Positions 12,133 to 24,959 are shown, numbered from the stretch's first letter. The stretch is DNA of 64,000 bases from Octopus sinensis (GCF_006345805.1 NC_043005.1:73594001-73658000), one strand, 5' to 3'. Notes: generated from the letters alone by a model not told the origin. Numbers and translations: made by a program.

Positions 12133-12466
12133 TATATATATGAATGTATGTATGTATGTATGTATGTATGTGTATGTATGTTACTGTCACCATTATTCTG
12201 ACAACTATATGTGCACGTAGGTGCGTGTGGCTTCCTATCTGCGTGATTATGTGTATTATTTTCTTATATTGTAAGTTTTTCTACTTAAACTGTCTATGCC
12301 CTTTCCTTTCCTCACTTTCTCTCTTACTGTGCAGACAAGCGTTCCTGTTCGTCTGATGTTCTATTCTCTCTTTTACTAAAATATAATTGAATATAAACCG
12401 CATAAGACGAGTAGGGAAACGAAACCACCATTTGACTTCTAGTCACATCGTTTTATTTATTCTATA

Positions 12467-12911
12467 CTAGCAGTATCGCCCGGCGTTGCTCGGGTTTGTA
12501 AGGGAAATAACTATGTAAGCATTTTAGAGAGTTACTTCCCTTATAGATGCCAATTCGGGCTTTCTTAGCCATTTCTGTTTTGGTGTCTTCAAACCATGAA
12601 GTCGTTGTTGTAAAAGAACGCTGGTCTCCTTGACAACGCTTTACGACGTTGATTTCCTTACACTCCCTTCCCCACAGCTTCACGAGGGAGGGAAGAAGGG
12701 GGAGAAGCAAACAGGTGCAGGTGTGATGTTAAATTATTTTTTAAATCGTAGACTCATCGTAGACGCGCGCTAATACTCAGACGGGCTCGATATGAATCAC
12801 GACTATAAGATACCCGAATTTGGTTAAACTGCACCGCAAAATGTGGGAGTAGTTAGGAATCTAAATCGTAGGAGACAGACACTCACACAACTACAGTTTT
12901 ATATATATAGA
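12467..12911 (-). mobile_element. Non-autonomous Helitron
   Basis: Minus strand reads A|TCTATATATATAAAA...CCCGAGCAACGCCGGG (hairpin) CGATACTG CTAG|T, which is the canonical 5' TC, subterminal hairpin, 3' CTAG and AT target. Confidence 0.8.
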
Positions 12912-13744
12912 TATTAACCGCATAAGACGAGTAGGGAAACGAAACCACCGTTTGACTTCTAGTAGCATGTTCAGCTACCAGAAGTCATAATTTCCAGTAG
13001 AATCTTTAATCTTTTCGACAAAATGTTTTTATTAACTTAGGTGTTATCATATATTTAAATATTTTTTTTTTATTTCTTAAATTTTCTGGGAATTGTTTAG
13101 TAACAGTGCTTACACACGCTTATGAAAGTGGCTCGTTTTTGTAATATATAAACTTTGAATATAGAGATCCCTCGGCTGGTTTTGTTCTTCTTGTTCGTAT
13201 ACGGGTTTCTGTGTGGAATAATAATGCGAACATTCGGTAGTATGTATCATAAATAGTACGCAATAAATAAATACGTAAAGACATGTAATTCTGAAATGCG
13301 AAAAGCGTTCAAAATTTATTCTAAATATTGCTACGAGCTTATATCTAACGATATTAGCCGACATTCCGTTCGTAAATTAATTAGATTTATTTGATATTTT
13401 ACTAGATACTTGAAAGTCTTTTCTGTAAATGTGTTGGTATGTGTGTGTAAAAATTGCGTGTGTATATGTAAAAGTATTGCTTGTGTGAGTATGTTTATCT
13501 GTGTGTAATTTGGTTAAATACAAAGTGATCTGCGGAAATATCTCTAGCAGACGAACGCATACACTTCAAAGCGATTCTTCTCTGATTGCAATCCAATGAT
13601 CAAAACAAGTAAATCATAAAAATCAACAGATAAGTTACTCGTATATAATAAATCAGCCATTATAAAAAAAAAATTGCTTTGTTTTATGGTGGGGGTTTAA
13701 AATGTGTATACGGTGAATTGTAGAATTTTTCAGACTTTTTCGTG

Positions 13745-14250
13745 TAAGGTTTTGATTAATTTCAAAACTCTATCTTTCAAAGTAGGATCCTCTCTCTTCA
13801 ATGCATTTGTTGTAGCACTCCAGTCACTATACAAAGGTTCCATTGAAGTCCTCTAAAGCGAAGGTTTCGAAGATCCTTGTCACAGCCATTTTCATTTTCA
13901 AAATGACTGCCTTCGAAGTTCTTCAGATTGAGGTACAACCAAAAGTCACAGGGAGCAAGTTCTGGGCTGTAAAGAGAGTGAAAGAAAGTTTTGATGCTAA
14001 TTTCTGTCAAGTACTTGGTTACCAGGACGCTCGTCACTCAGATCTCTGGAAACAAAGTTTGCACAAGTTTTGTGCCTGTTCAGATTTTCATGAATAATTC
14101 TGCGTACAGATATCACGCCAACTCCAAATTGAATGCATATCGGTCTTCATCGAGAAAATTGCGAATTTTCTCTGCAACCTCTGATGCTCAGATACCCTTC
14201 TCCATCCCACACTTTTCATCGTCTCTCACCTCTTGTCTACCTTCCTTCTT
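13745..14250 (-). pseudogene. Mariner transposase relic (internally deleted)
   Basis: HSLYSPELAPCDFWLY matches the mariner HPPYSPDLAPCDF motif; HTH-like remnant upstream. Confidence 0.8.
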
Positions 14251-14434
14251 GTAGTATTTATATTTTACATATATATATAATAAAATGGAAGGATTAAAAA
14301 ATCCCGGCAGATATAAAGCACAGTTTTAAAAGAATTTGGTTAATAGTATCGCCCTCGAAAATTTCTAATATTATATAATTCTAATATTATATAAATTCTA
14401 ATATTATATAAATATTAATACAATAGAAACAAAT

Positions 14435-14819
14435 AGGCGCAGGAGTGGCTGTGTGGTAAGTAGCTTGTTTACCAACCACATGGTTCCGGGTTCAGTCCCA
14501 CTGCGTGGCAGCTTGGGCATGTGTCTTCTACTATAGCCTCGGGCCGACCAAAGCCTTGTGAGCGGATTTGGTAGACGGAAACTGAAAGAAGCCTGTCGTA
14601 TATGCGTTTGTGTGTCTGTGTTTGTCCCCCTAGCATTGCTTGACAACCGATGCTGGTGTGTTTATGTCCCCGTTACTTAGCGGTTCGGCAAAAAAGACCG
14701 ATAGAATAAGTACTGGGCTTACAAAAGAATAAGTCCCGGGGTCGAGTTGCTCGATTAAAGGCGGTGCTCCAGCATGGCCGCAGTCAAATGACTGAAACAA
14801 GTAAAAGAGAGAGTAAAAG
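14435..14819 (+). mobile_element. tRNA-derived SINE family B, full length
   Basis: A box (gtggctgtgtggtaag) and B box (ggttcagtccc); body and tail shared with other copies in the window. Confidence 0.85.
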
Positions 14820-14902
14820 ATTAAATTGCCAGCTTTTTAAGGTGAATTCAAGAATAAAGATGTAATTTTCTCTATACGTACGTTTTGTTGTTTATATATA
14901 TA

Positions 14903-15418
14903 CTAGCAGTATCGCCCGGCGTTGCTCGGGTTTGTAAGGGAAATAACTATATAAGCATTTTTAGGGAGTTACTTCCCTTATAGATGCCAATTTGGGTTTT
15001 CTTAGCCATTTCTGTTTTGGTGTCTTCAAGCCATGAAGTCGTTGTTCTAAAAGAACGCTGGTCTCCTTGACAACGCTTTACGACGTTGATTTCCTTACAC
15101 TCCCTTCCCCACAGCTTGACGAGGGAGGGAAGAAGGGGGAGAAGCAAACAGGTGCAGATGTGACCATGGACGCCAACTCCGCCGCCATCGACACACGAAA
15201 AATTATGCATTAAAATGGAATAAAAAATTATGTTAAATTATTTTTAAAATCGTAGACTCATCGTAGACGCGCGCTAATACTCAGACGGGCTCGATATAAA
15301 TCACGACTATAAGATACCCGGTTTTGGTTAAACTACACCGCAAAATGTGGGAGTAGTTAGGAATCTAAATCGAAGGGGACAGACACTCACACAACTACAG
15401 TTTTATATATATATATAT
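14903..15418 (-). mobile_element. Non-autonomous Helitron (same family as 12467-12911)
   Basis: Identical CTAG end and hairpin; long internal identity; 5' end blurred into (TA)n. Confidence 0.8.
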
Positions 15419-15971
15419 CCTCGTATACATGAACATATACATGAATCTACATATTGGTGTGTGTGTGTGTCTGTGTGCGTTACATACTAATATGTATGAC
15501 TAATAATTATATTTGAACGTGTCTTATATCCTCTGTGTTCATCTGTTACATTTTATCAATTTTCTAAATGCCAATAAACTTAAGAACAGCAAATTCATAA
15601 ATGATTTTATTATGTGTAAATGTCAGTCCAGCCACTAATAGGCGAGTCTTCCATGTCAGTTGAATCGAGTCATGTCATTTAATTCATCCACCGTAAGTAA
15701 TTCATAGTGAGTCGCTATATGGATGCTTGACTTGCTAGAAATAGCAGCTAAATTTCTCTAAATATTACACGTTTCTGTATTTAACGAAGAGGATCACATT
15801 TTACATTTTAGTCTTTTATATTCACAAACCAACGCGATGGACGTGGCCGGAAGGCGTTTTATTAAAACCATTCTGCAATGATCAAAATTAAAGAGAATAT
15901 CATTAGATATTAAACTTATTGCTATAGCCATTTCCAATCTTTTCATAATTGATGACTTCATGGTTTGAAAG

Positions 15972-16540
15972 TGTTGTATGGGCTAGACGATGAAGTAAGC
16001 TAGCCCAATACGTAGATATAGAGGAAATTAACGCTAAGAGAATAAGATATGCTAGTTTCCCACCAAAGATACAAATATGATAAAGTTTTTGCAGGTGTAT
16101 AGAATAACATCGGATCCAAATGCAGAGTCGGGTAGGTCACCTGCAGATTTGATGTTTTCCAGAAAAAATCGTTCTATTTTTGACATATGGTTGCCGAGCG
16201 GGAAGAAAAACGAAACTTTTTAACACAGGTGACAAAGTGTATTTTAAAATATATAGTAACAGAAAACAGGACTGGGAACAAGGAAGTATAACAGGACGAG
16301 ATAAATTCGGGTTTAAAAAGCTCAAAAGGGAGAGGTGTTGTGTGGACGCCCAGACGATGCAGTAGGCTAGCCCAATACGTAGATATAGAGGAAATTAACG
16401 CTAAGAGAAAAGGATATGCCAGTTTCTCACCGGATACAAATATGACAAAGTTTTTCCAGGTGTATAGAATAACACCGAATCCAAATGCAGAGTTGAGTAG
16501 AGGTCATCCGAACGTGCGATATAACAGTGGCGACGAGGAT
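15972..16540 (+). mobile_element. Ty3/Gypsy-like LTR relic: truncated LTR, integrase C-terminal piece, PPT, 191-bp LTR, PBS
   Basis: LTR 16336-16526 (TGTTG...TAACA) with a diverged copy at 15972-16139; PPT aaaagggagagg 16324-35; FNTGDKVYFK..W..G.I remnant; TGGCGACGAGG at 16528-38. Confidence 0.7.
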
Positions 16541-16578
16541 TTCGTAGCTCACACAGCCACTGTGTAGTATTGCGATAG

Positions 16579-16964
16579 TGGAGGCGCAATGGCCCAATCG
16601 TTAGGGCAGCGGACTCGCGGTCGTAGGATCGCGGTTTCGATTCCCAGACCGCGCGTTGTGAGTGTTTATTGAGCGAAAACACCTAAAGCTCCACGAGGCT
16701 CCGGCAGGGGATGGTTGTGATCCCTGCTGTACTCTTTCACCACAACTTTCTCTCACTCTTACTTCCTGTTTCTGTTGTACCTGTATTTAAAAGGGCCGAC
16801 CTTGTCACTCTCTGTGTCACGCTGAATATCCCCGAGAACTACGTTAAGGGTACACGTGTCTGTGGAGTGCTCAGCCACTTATACGTTAATTTCACGAGCA
16901 GGCTGTTCCGTTGATTGGATCAACTGGAACTCTCGTCGTCGTAACCGACGGAGTGCTTCCAACC
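16579..16964 (+). mobile_element. tRNA-derived SINE family C with 13-bp TSD
   Basis: TSD AGTATTGCGATAG at 16566-78 and 16965-77; A and B boxes (TGGCCCAATCGTT, GGTTTCGATTCCC). Confidence 0.9.
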
Positions 16965-17289
16965 AGTATTGCGATAGAATAGAAAGCAATTCCAATTTTT
17001 GGATACTTATCATTATTTGAATAATCAAATTGTTTACAAAATTCATTTGTAACATTCTATCCATTTTGTTTCTTTAATTCTTGATTATTCGAACGCGTTA
17101 CATCTCAAAGAGTTTCTGCTGTGTTGCTGTAATGAATCTGATCCTGTTGGGGGAATCCAAAATATAAAACTGGTTCCTAGGAGCAAACCGTGGTTTCGGT
17201 ACCCATTCGTATAATGCTATTAGTAGAACTGCATATATATATATTATGGAGACGGCTTAGAAAACGAAAATATGCGAGAAGCTAATACA

Positions 17290-17525
17290 AACATGTTTGT
17301 TACCCAGCTCAACCACCAACGCATCCTCCATCACCACTACGAACACCACTACCACAACATCATGCCCATCACCATCACTAGCATCATCACATTCACCACC
17401 ATCACTGTCACCACAATCACCACCATCACCATCACCGCCATCACTCCTATCACCACCATCACCACCATCACCATCATCACCATCACCACCATTAACATCG
17501 CTATCACTGCCATCACCAAAAGTAT
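17290..17525. repeat. Degenerate (CAC/CAT)n trinucleotide repeat
   Basis: Direct reading. Confidence 0.9.
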
Positions 17526-17679
17526 CCATTCTGGGGATCGATAAAATAAGTACCAGCTGAACACTGGGGTCGATTTAGTTGACTTAGCTCTTTCCTCGGA
17601 GCTGCTGGCCTTGTGCCAAAATCAGAAACCAATATCAGAAATCCATGTGTCGGGAAAGATATTAAAACTAGATTAACTC

Positions 17680-18684
17680 TTTCTTTTACTTGTTTCAGTC
17701 ATTTGACTGCGGACATGCTGGAGTACCACCTTTCATCGAAGAAATCGACCCCTTGACTTATTCTTTGTAAGCCTAGTACTTATTCTATCGGTCTCTCTGC
17801 AGAACTGGTAATTTACGGAGGCGTAAACACACCAACATCGGTTGTCAAGCGATGTTGGGGAGACAAAGACAGACACACAAATACACACACACACTATATT
17901 CCGGGACAACCTGTACTACCATGTCCAGGCTCTGCCCTTGCCAATTTCTGTAGGGTGATCTGGTGGCCTGCAGGACCACTACATTTTCCTCCACGCCCAG
18001 CAGTATGGCAACCACTATCCAGGCTATATTCACTTCTGTGAGGTATGTCTTCTACCCTAACCCTGGAAGCACATATTCCAAGGTAAACGGGTAGAAGCAA
18101 CACTTCTTCAGTTTTTAATGATGTAGCTAAGAACAGTCTGACGGTAGCTATATCACGAAACTGCACCTCCACCGTTCCGTACTTTCTTCCTCTGGCAAGG
18201 TATGAAATCCTTTGCCAGACTGGTCTCAACGCCTTTTTAACTTGTACCTCCGACACCACTTCTATTTTTCTTGTTGCCACCGCGTATGTCTTGTAGAAAA
18301 TCGTCCTCTCATTTTTATCTTGTACCACTTCTTAGGTGGGGGAAACATTTTTACATCGTTCCTCTTCTTTGAACCTGCTCAATTCTTCCAAACTTACGTC
18401 TTCAAATTTTCCGTTTGCCGCTGCAGCATGATTCTTTGTTTCCATTTCTTTGTCAATTCTTTTCAAACATTTTACCATTTCTTCCTCAGACGACATAAAA
18501 TGTGGAGAAGAATTCAAATTTTCACAACACATTACACGACGCCCTTCCATTAAACAAGAGGCAAAACGTCGCACCACTAAGACAACCAAAAAACACGTGT
18601 GTTACACACAAAGACAGTAGTTCAACTAACAAACGATATACCGGAAGCAAGTTTCTTACCACGCCGCCACTCTTGCGCCTATAG
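17680..18684 (-). mobile_element. SINE family B interrupted by a LINE 5'UTR/ORF1-like fragment
   Basis: SINE head at 18643-18684 and SINE second half at ~17680-17890, with ORF1-like sequence between them. Confidence 0.65.
17894..18589 (-). pseudogene. Probable LINE ORF1-like fragment, one in-frame stop
   Basis: ORFs 18332-18589 and 17894-18328 are in the same frame, separated by a single TAA. The sequence is complex (KYGTVEVQF..., LLPVYLG...RVRVEDIP) and a second diverged copy lies at 18884-19052. The family assignment is inference. Confidence 0.5.
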
Positions 18685-18794
18685 TCTTTAATTCTGTATT
18701 TCATTTGACAACAGTATAAACTCTGGTATTTTAAAAATGGTGTAGTTTATATCGTTTTCTTTCCCTAAATATTTGGTAATAAACATTGCATTTC

Positions 18795-19152
18795 AGGTGG
18801 CGAACTGGCAGTATCATTAGCATACCGGACAAAATGCTTAGCAGCATTTCGTCCGTCTTTACGTTTTGAATTCCGCCGGTGTCCACGTTGCTATATGCAC
18901 TTCTGGGGGTATATCTTCTATCCTAACTATGGAAGCACGTCTCCCAAGGTATACGGGTAGAAGCACCACTTCTTCAGTTTTTAATGATGTAGCTAAGTGC
19001 CGTCTGGCGGTAGCTATATCAGGAAACTGCACCTCCACCGTTCGGTACTTTCGGAGCCGATAGAATAAGAACCAGTTGAGGACTAGCGACAATGTAACCG
19101 ACTTAACACCCTCCCCGAAATTGCGAGCTTTGAGCCAAAATTTAAAATCAAT
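18795..19152 (+). mobile_element. SINE family A carrying a ~165-bp ORF1 fragment (18884-19052)
   Basis: The insert aligns with ~18018-18186; SINE sequence resumes after ctttc. Confidence 0.7.
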
Positions 19153-19210
19153 AAGTTAGTATTGTATCGCTCTCTCTCTCTCTCTTTCTCGCTCTCTCTC
19201 TCTCCCTCTC

Positions 19211-19261
<51 letters not shown>

Positions 19262-19524
19262 ACATAGATAGCGAACGAGAAAAACAAGATAACGTGATGT
19301 CCCTAATTTTCCCTGAAGCAATTAAGAGAAACGAAAGTTACAGCCAATTATTGAAATTGAATTGTAGACTAAGATCACTGGTAGTATAACTGTTATTCTC
19401 GGCTGCTCATACACGCAAGAACTAAAAATAATGAAAAAACAAAAAAACAAAAAAAAAATAACTGTTTCCTTACACTTAAAATGGTGGTGATTAATTTTGG
19501 AATGGTTTATCTTGTAACACAATA

Positions 19525-20097
19525 ATTCTTTTCTACTCTAGGCACAAGGTCCAAAATCTTTGGGGGTGGGGGCCAGTCGATTAGATCAACTCCAGTACGC
19601 AACTGGTACTTAATTCATCGACACTGAAAGGATGAAAGGCAAAGTCGACCTCGGCGGAATTTGAACTCAGAACGTAAAGACAGATGAAATATCTATTTCT
19701 TACTACCCACAAAGGGCTAAACACAGAGGAGACAAACAAGGACATACAGACGGATTAAGTCGATTATATCGACCCCAGTGCGTAACTGGTACTTATTTAA
19801 TCGACCCCAAAAGGATGAAAGGCAAAGTCGACCTCGGCGAAATTTGAACTCAGAACGTAACGGCAGAAGAAATACCTATTTCTTTACTGCCCATAGGTGG
19901 TTAAACACAGAGGGGACAAACAAGGACAGACAAAGGGATTAAGTCGATTACATCGACCCCAGTACGTAACTGGTACTTTATTTATTGACCCCGAAAGGAT
20001 GAAAGGCAAAGTCGACCTCGGCGGAATTTGAACTCAGAACGAAATACTGCTAAGCATTTCACCCGGCGTGCTAACGATTCTACCAGCTCACCGCCTT
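19525..20097 (-). mobile_element. SINE family A, three-module head-to-tail array
   Basis: Three repeats of gaaaggcaaagtcgacctcggcg[g/a]aatttgaactcagaacg. Confidence 0.85.
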
Positions 20098-20966
20098 TGT
20101 AACACATTAATTGATAAAATAGTATGCAAAATATGTTAATTCATACAGCGCATATGTTTGTTCTTTGTGTATATGACTGTAGCTAAAAACAGCCCCAAGT
20201 GTTAGTTTACCTTCCTCCCATGTGTTCTGTATTGCTCCCACAGCTTATATTGAACAGCTGTTTCAAATATGTGTTACTTATTTACAACTTGAGCTGACCC
20301 GTTTGTTCTAAGATATTTACTTAGAGACATTGCACAGCGATAGCCTACCTACCTTTCAATTTCCTATTGATCGGCTACAATTCTACAGTTGTTTGTATCT
20401 GTGTATAATATTGACTATTTCTTACAGTCATTTTTCAAGTGTTATAGACTAGATACAGTTGCATTTTCTGTTACGTTACTCTTAACGTTGGTAACAATAA
20501 CATGATCCGTAAAATCAATGTTTTACAGTTAGGGGAAGCCTCCTTGGTCACGCAGAGTCTTGAGAAAAATCTAATGTTATCGATATCTCAAATAATATAA
20601 ATCATTGACCAAACAATAGTTTTGCATTGGTTTAGATCAAAAACAGTTTTGACCTATCGAGGAAGACAGCATTGAAAACTTATTTTTACAATCGTATTTC
20701 ATTCTTTATGTGTGTATTTTGAAGTCAGGTTGTATAGTCAAACTTCATTTGTGTATTATTTTCTATTCTACACATCTAATTCTTTTCTCTTTTAGACTGT
20801 CTCCATATCTCTATACAAATCACTACCCAGCCAGCTTTTTATGGGCAATTGTACACGACCTGATTAGCTTATGGTTATCAGACGAAAAATGGTAGTATCG
20901 GAATACAGATAAATAAATACATCAATATTAAGTACAAGAGAAAGAAATATAAATCTCTAAGCAAAC

Positions 20967-21007
<41 letters not shown>

Positions 21008-21762
21008 ATTAACGTATCTTCACATGGCCTTCCGAGGTTCAACGGAAGCAACATAAATCTATACAAAACTCTGCTGATTTCGCTTTGTAAAGAATTCTGT
21101 TTTGTATAAAATGTGTTATTCACGCTATTTCAAAATAGAAATCGAATATATTACATGCTCCGAAAGATGTGTTAGAAGAATTATCTAAAAGGGTCTTCCA
21201 GTCTAGAGGAATATCTCTTTTGGCTTTGATATCGACGAAGTGAATTCCGCTTAACTATTACTGCTTAACTTGTTAATGAGAAGAAGAAAATAGAATTTTC
21301 ATTTACTTATAAGAAGTTTCGTTATCGTCAACAAAAGTGATCAGTTCAGCGTTATGTGGTTTCGGATCTCTTTCTCTTTCTCTTGCACACGCACGCACAC
21401 ACACACACACACACACGTACACTCACAAAGACGCACACATACACACACGTACACACAGAGAGACGCACACACACACACACACACTAAGTAATGATCTGAA
21501 GCAGAAGTATTGAATTATATATATATAAGATATAGATGCATGCATATATGCTTACCTTCATGCATAAATAAATAAGTATATATGCAAACATGACTTCATA
21601 CACATACACGCACACGTACTCACACACATACACACACATATATACATATGTAAATATGTATGTAGGTTGTGTACGTATGTATATATGTTTATGCGTATGT
21701 CTGTATGTATGTCTCTTCCATGTGAGTATGTCTCTCCCTCTCTTTCCCTTTATATTTACATA

Positions 21763-21847
<85 letters not shown>

Positions 21848-22624
21848 GTGTGTGTGTGTGTGTTAGTGTGTAAATATATGTACCATAATAAATTGCGAGG
21901 CGAAATCCTTTTTGATAAAATGAAGGACAAAAGACTAGACACAACGCCTCAAATTTATTTAATAATATTTCAAAACCCTCACTAAATATATTTTACACAA
22001 TCCAATTCGAAACTAACATAAGTCAGAAAACAATGCATTTCGTCCGCCCTTACGTTCTGTGTCCAAAAGCTGCCGGGATTGACTTTGCCTTTCATCCTTT
22101 TAGGGTCGATAAATTATGTAGGATTTAAACACAGTGGCCGATGTAATCAAGTTATGCTCTCTCACGAAATTGTTCGCCTTGTGACAAATTTTGAAATCAA
22201 TATTAATGATTTCAACATTTGACGAGCGGCTGCTTATGTCTTTAGCTATCCTTGCTGCACAGAGGAAGGAGAAAGAAAATCGGTCGTTGTATAGCGTAAT
22301 ACAAATGTTTATTTTCTGAGACGCAAGTAACTTGATCAACTTCCGAAACGTACCGGGATTTCTTCAATAAAAATATCTTTGAAGCAGGCATTGAAAGTCT
22401 TATTAAACGAAGAGGTTTGTCGGATTTTTGCCACCAAAATTGTAGTAGCAGAGTCGGAATAGCTTCACTGATAAATGGAAACTGATTTGCATGGTCACTT
22501 TATTTGCCGCGCACACCGTAATAGGTGCAGGTGCATAAAATATTTTGCTTCGTATATTTTGCACAATATATTATAATGAAAGCTGCATTACAAATAGAGA
22601 GAAGAATAGTGTATGTATGTGTGT

Positions 22625-22916
22625 GTGAGTAAATAAATTAAAATAGAGATAAACGTCAAAAAATTGGGATTTTCATAGAAAAATCGTCAAAAAATTGGGA
22701 TTTTCATAGAAAAAAAGCACCTTATTGATGTAAATAATTTTTGGTGTTAACATGGTCCGATTTGAATTTTTCTTCTACGGCTGAACGAGCAAGTCTTCTT
22801 CTATTATACTATCAATTTTGGTAAACTTGCGCCGCAGGGTCTCGGAGGAAATAGTGTTAGTTGAAGGCTACCAAACCTGCCATACACAGACAACTTCAGC
22901 TTTATATAGAAAGAGA
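22625..22916 (-). mobile_element. Helitron-like partial copy, related subfamily
   Basis: Ends cacagacaacttcagctttatatagaaagagat, resembling the TC end of the 12467-12911 family; CTAG end not found. Confidence 0.45.
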
Positions 22917-23355
22917 TTTGGCAGACGACAACATCCCTGCATTATTCCTGAATCTTTACCCGAAAATAGCTGATTAACAACATCATAAATACAAGGTGCA
23001 AAATTAAACTGTGTTTTGAATAAAAGATAGCTGCTCGTTCTATTAATACAAATAATTTTAAAGATTAATGTTGATCCCTTTTGATGCGTATTATTAGAGC
23101 ACATTACAGGGTGTTGGGCTGTCAGAAATTATAGAATTAAATACCGGGCTAAAAGTCGTAATTTATTTAGTTTTCCTCATTTACGCCCTGAGTTCGAATC
23201 CCACGAGGTTAACGTTAACGGTCCTCCCTCTTTGAATCGATAATATATGATCCAATAATAAATATAGTGTTAGTTTTATCGATTATCAAAAGACTAATTA
23301 TAATAATTTGGCCGGCCGCCAATGTAAAATGAAAATCGATATCTGGTTTGGAAAT

Positions 23356-23540
23356 AAGGCGGCGAAATGACAAAATCGTCAGCACATCGGACAAAATGCT
23401 TAGCGGCGTTTTTTCCGTCTTAACTTTCTCAGTTCAAATTCCGCTGTGGTCGACTTTGTCTTTCATTATTTCGGGGTCGATAAAGTAAGTACTAGTTGAG
23501 CGCTGCGGTCTATGTAATCGACTTTCCTCTCCCCAAAAAT
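23356..23540 (+). mobile_element. SINE family A
   Basis: Similarity to other copies in the window. Confidence 0.75.
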
Positions 23541-24008
23541 TGCTGGCCTTTTCCAGAAATTTGAAACCTGTATCTCGTTTAGAAATATACGATTAATCTA
23601 ATCTGTAGATCGTTGACTTAACAATGAACGAACTACTACGCCATTTTATTTTTATTGACTATAGATAACAATTAACTCCAACTCAGTGCAGATTGGAATG
23701 ACATTTTGAAACCGGAATGACAGATTGGATAAAGAAATTCTGGATAATAAGAAAAGTTTGTTATGGTTAGAATTATTTGATCATACATCTGCCTCTTCAG
23801 GATTGAGCTGGTACAGAACAACAAAAGTCAGAGATTCAATGTATTAGAGTTAATCTATAAATCTTTGTATCTAGGAAAATGAGTCGAAATTCCTTTCATA
23901 TTTCTAGAATCTAATGTAGAGTATCAACCAAATTTCTCAGTTCTAGGTTCTTTAATTTGTTAAGACAAATCTAGTATGTATGAATTAATAGGCACTCAGT
24001 CTGATAAA

Positions 24009-24546
24009 ATGGAGGCGCGTGGCTTAGTAGTTAGGGTGTCAGCATCATGATCGTAAGATTGTGGTTTCGTATTCCTGGACCGGGCGACGCGTTGTGTTCT
24101 TGAGCAAAACAATTCATTTCACGTTGCGATGGACTGGCGTACCGTCCAGCTGGGGAATACATACGCCATTGAAACCGAGAAACCGGGTCCAGAAGCCTGG
24201 TTAGGCTTTAAAAGGGCTCATCTATTTTTATCAGTCCGATAAAACGAGGAGAGTTCCAGTTGACCCGATCATCGGATCAGCCTGTTCGTGAAATTTACGT
24301 GCAAACAATGTCTGAAAATACCACAAATACGTGTACCCTTAAAATAGTTCTCAGGGAGCTTCGGTGTAATGCAGTATACGACAAGACTGACCCTTTGAAT
24401 TACGGATACAACTCATTTTTGCCAGCTGAGTGGACTGCACCAACGTGAAATAAATTGTCTTGTTTAAGGACACAACGCGCCGCCAGGAATCGAACTCACA
24501 ACCTTATGACTGTGAACCGAATACCCCTAACCACTAGGCCACGCGA
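24009..24546. mobile_element. Two SINE family C-related copies (24009-24225 +, ~24250-24546 -)
   Basis: tRNA-like heads (atggaggcgcgtggcttagtagttagg; reverse ...ggaatcgaactc...ccactaggccacgcg) and a shared body. Confidence 0.7.
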
Positions 24547-24662
24547 CATTACTATGTATTTATCAACACTCATATGGTTAGGGAAAAACGAACCCTTGGT
24601 TTATTTAGAACAATTGATTTCTGGATTAAATTTAAGTTGCATATTGATGATACGCTGGATAT

Positions 24663-24899
24663 CTTTCTTTTACTTGTTTCAGTCATTTGACTGCGGCAGT
24701 GCTGGAGCACCACCTTTAGTCGAACAAATCGACCCGAGGACTTCTACTTTGTAAGCCTAGTACTTATTCCGTCGGTCTATTTTGCCGAATTGCAAACTTA
24801 CGGGGACGTAAACACACCAATATCGGTTGTCAAGCGATGGTGAGTGGACAAACACAGACACACAAATACATGCATATATGCAAACATGCATATATGTAT

Positions 24900-24959
<60 letters not shown>

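Noticed and set aside
16579-16655. tRNA-like sequence (also the heads of SINE B and C copies)
   Set aside because: Continues into a SINE body with a TSD; no proper acceptor stem; not a tRNA gene.
17257-17564. His/Thr/Pro/Asp-Gly-rich ORFs
   Set aside because: Degenerate (CAC/CAT)n repeat open in several frames.
20100-20650. Faint cadherin-like words on the minus strand (VTENATV, FETAVQYKL)
   Set aside because: Multiple stops and frame changes, with no DxNDNxP or DxD motifs; not supportable without a profile search.
22868-23104. 78-aa ORF with a possible splice donor
   Set aside because: Overlaps a Helitron-like end; no recognisable domain or acceptor.
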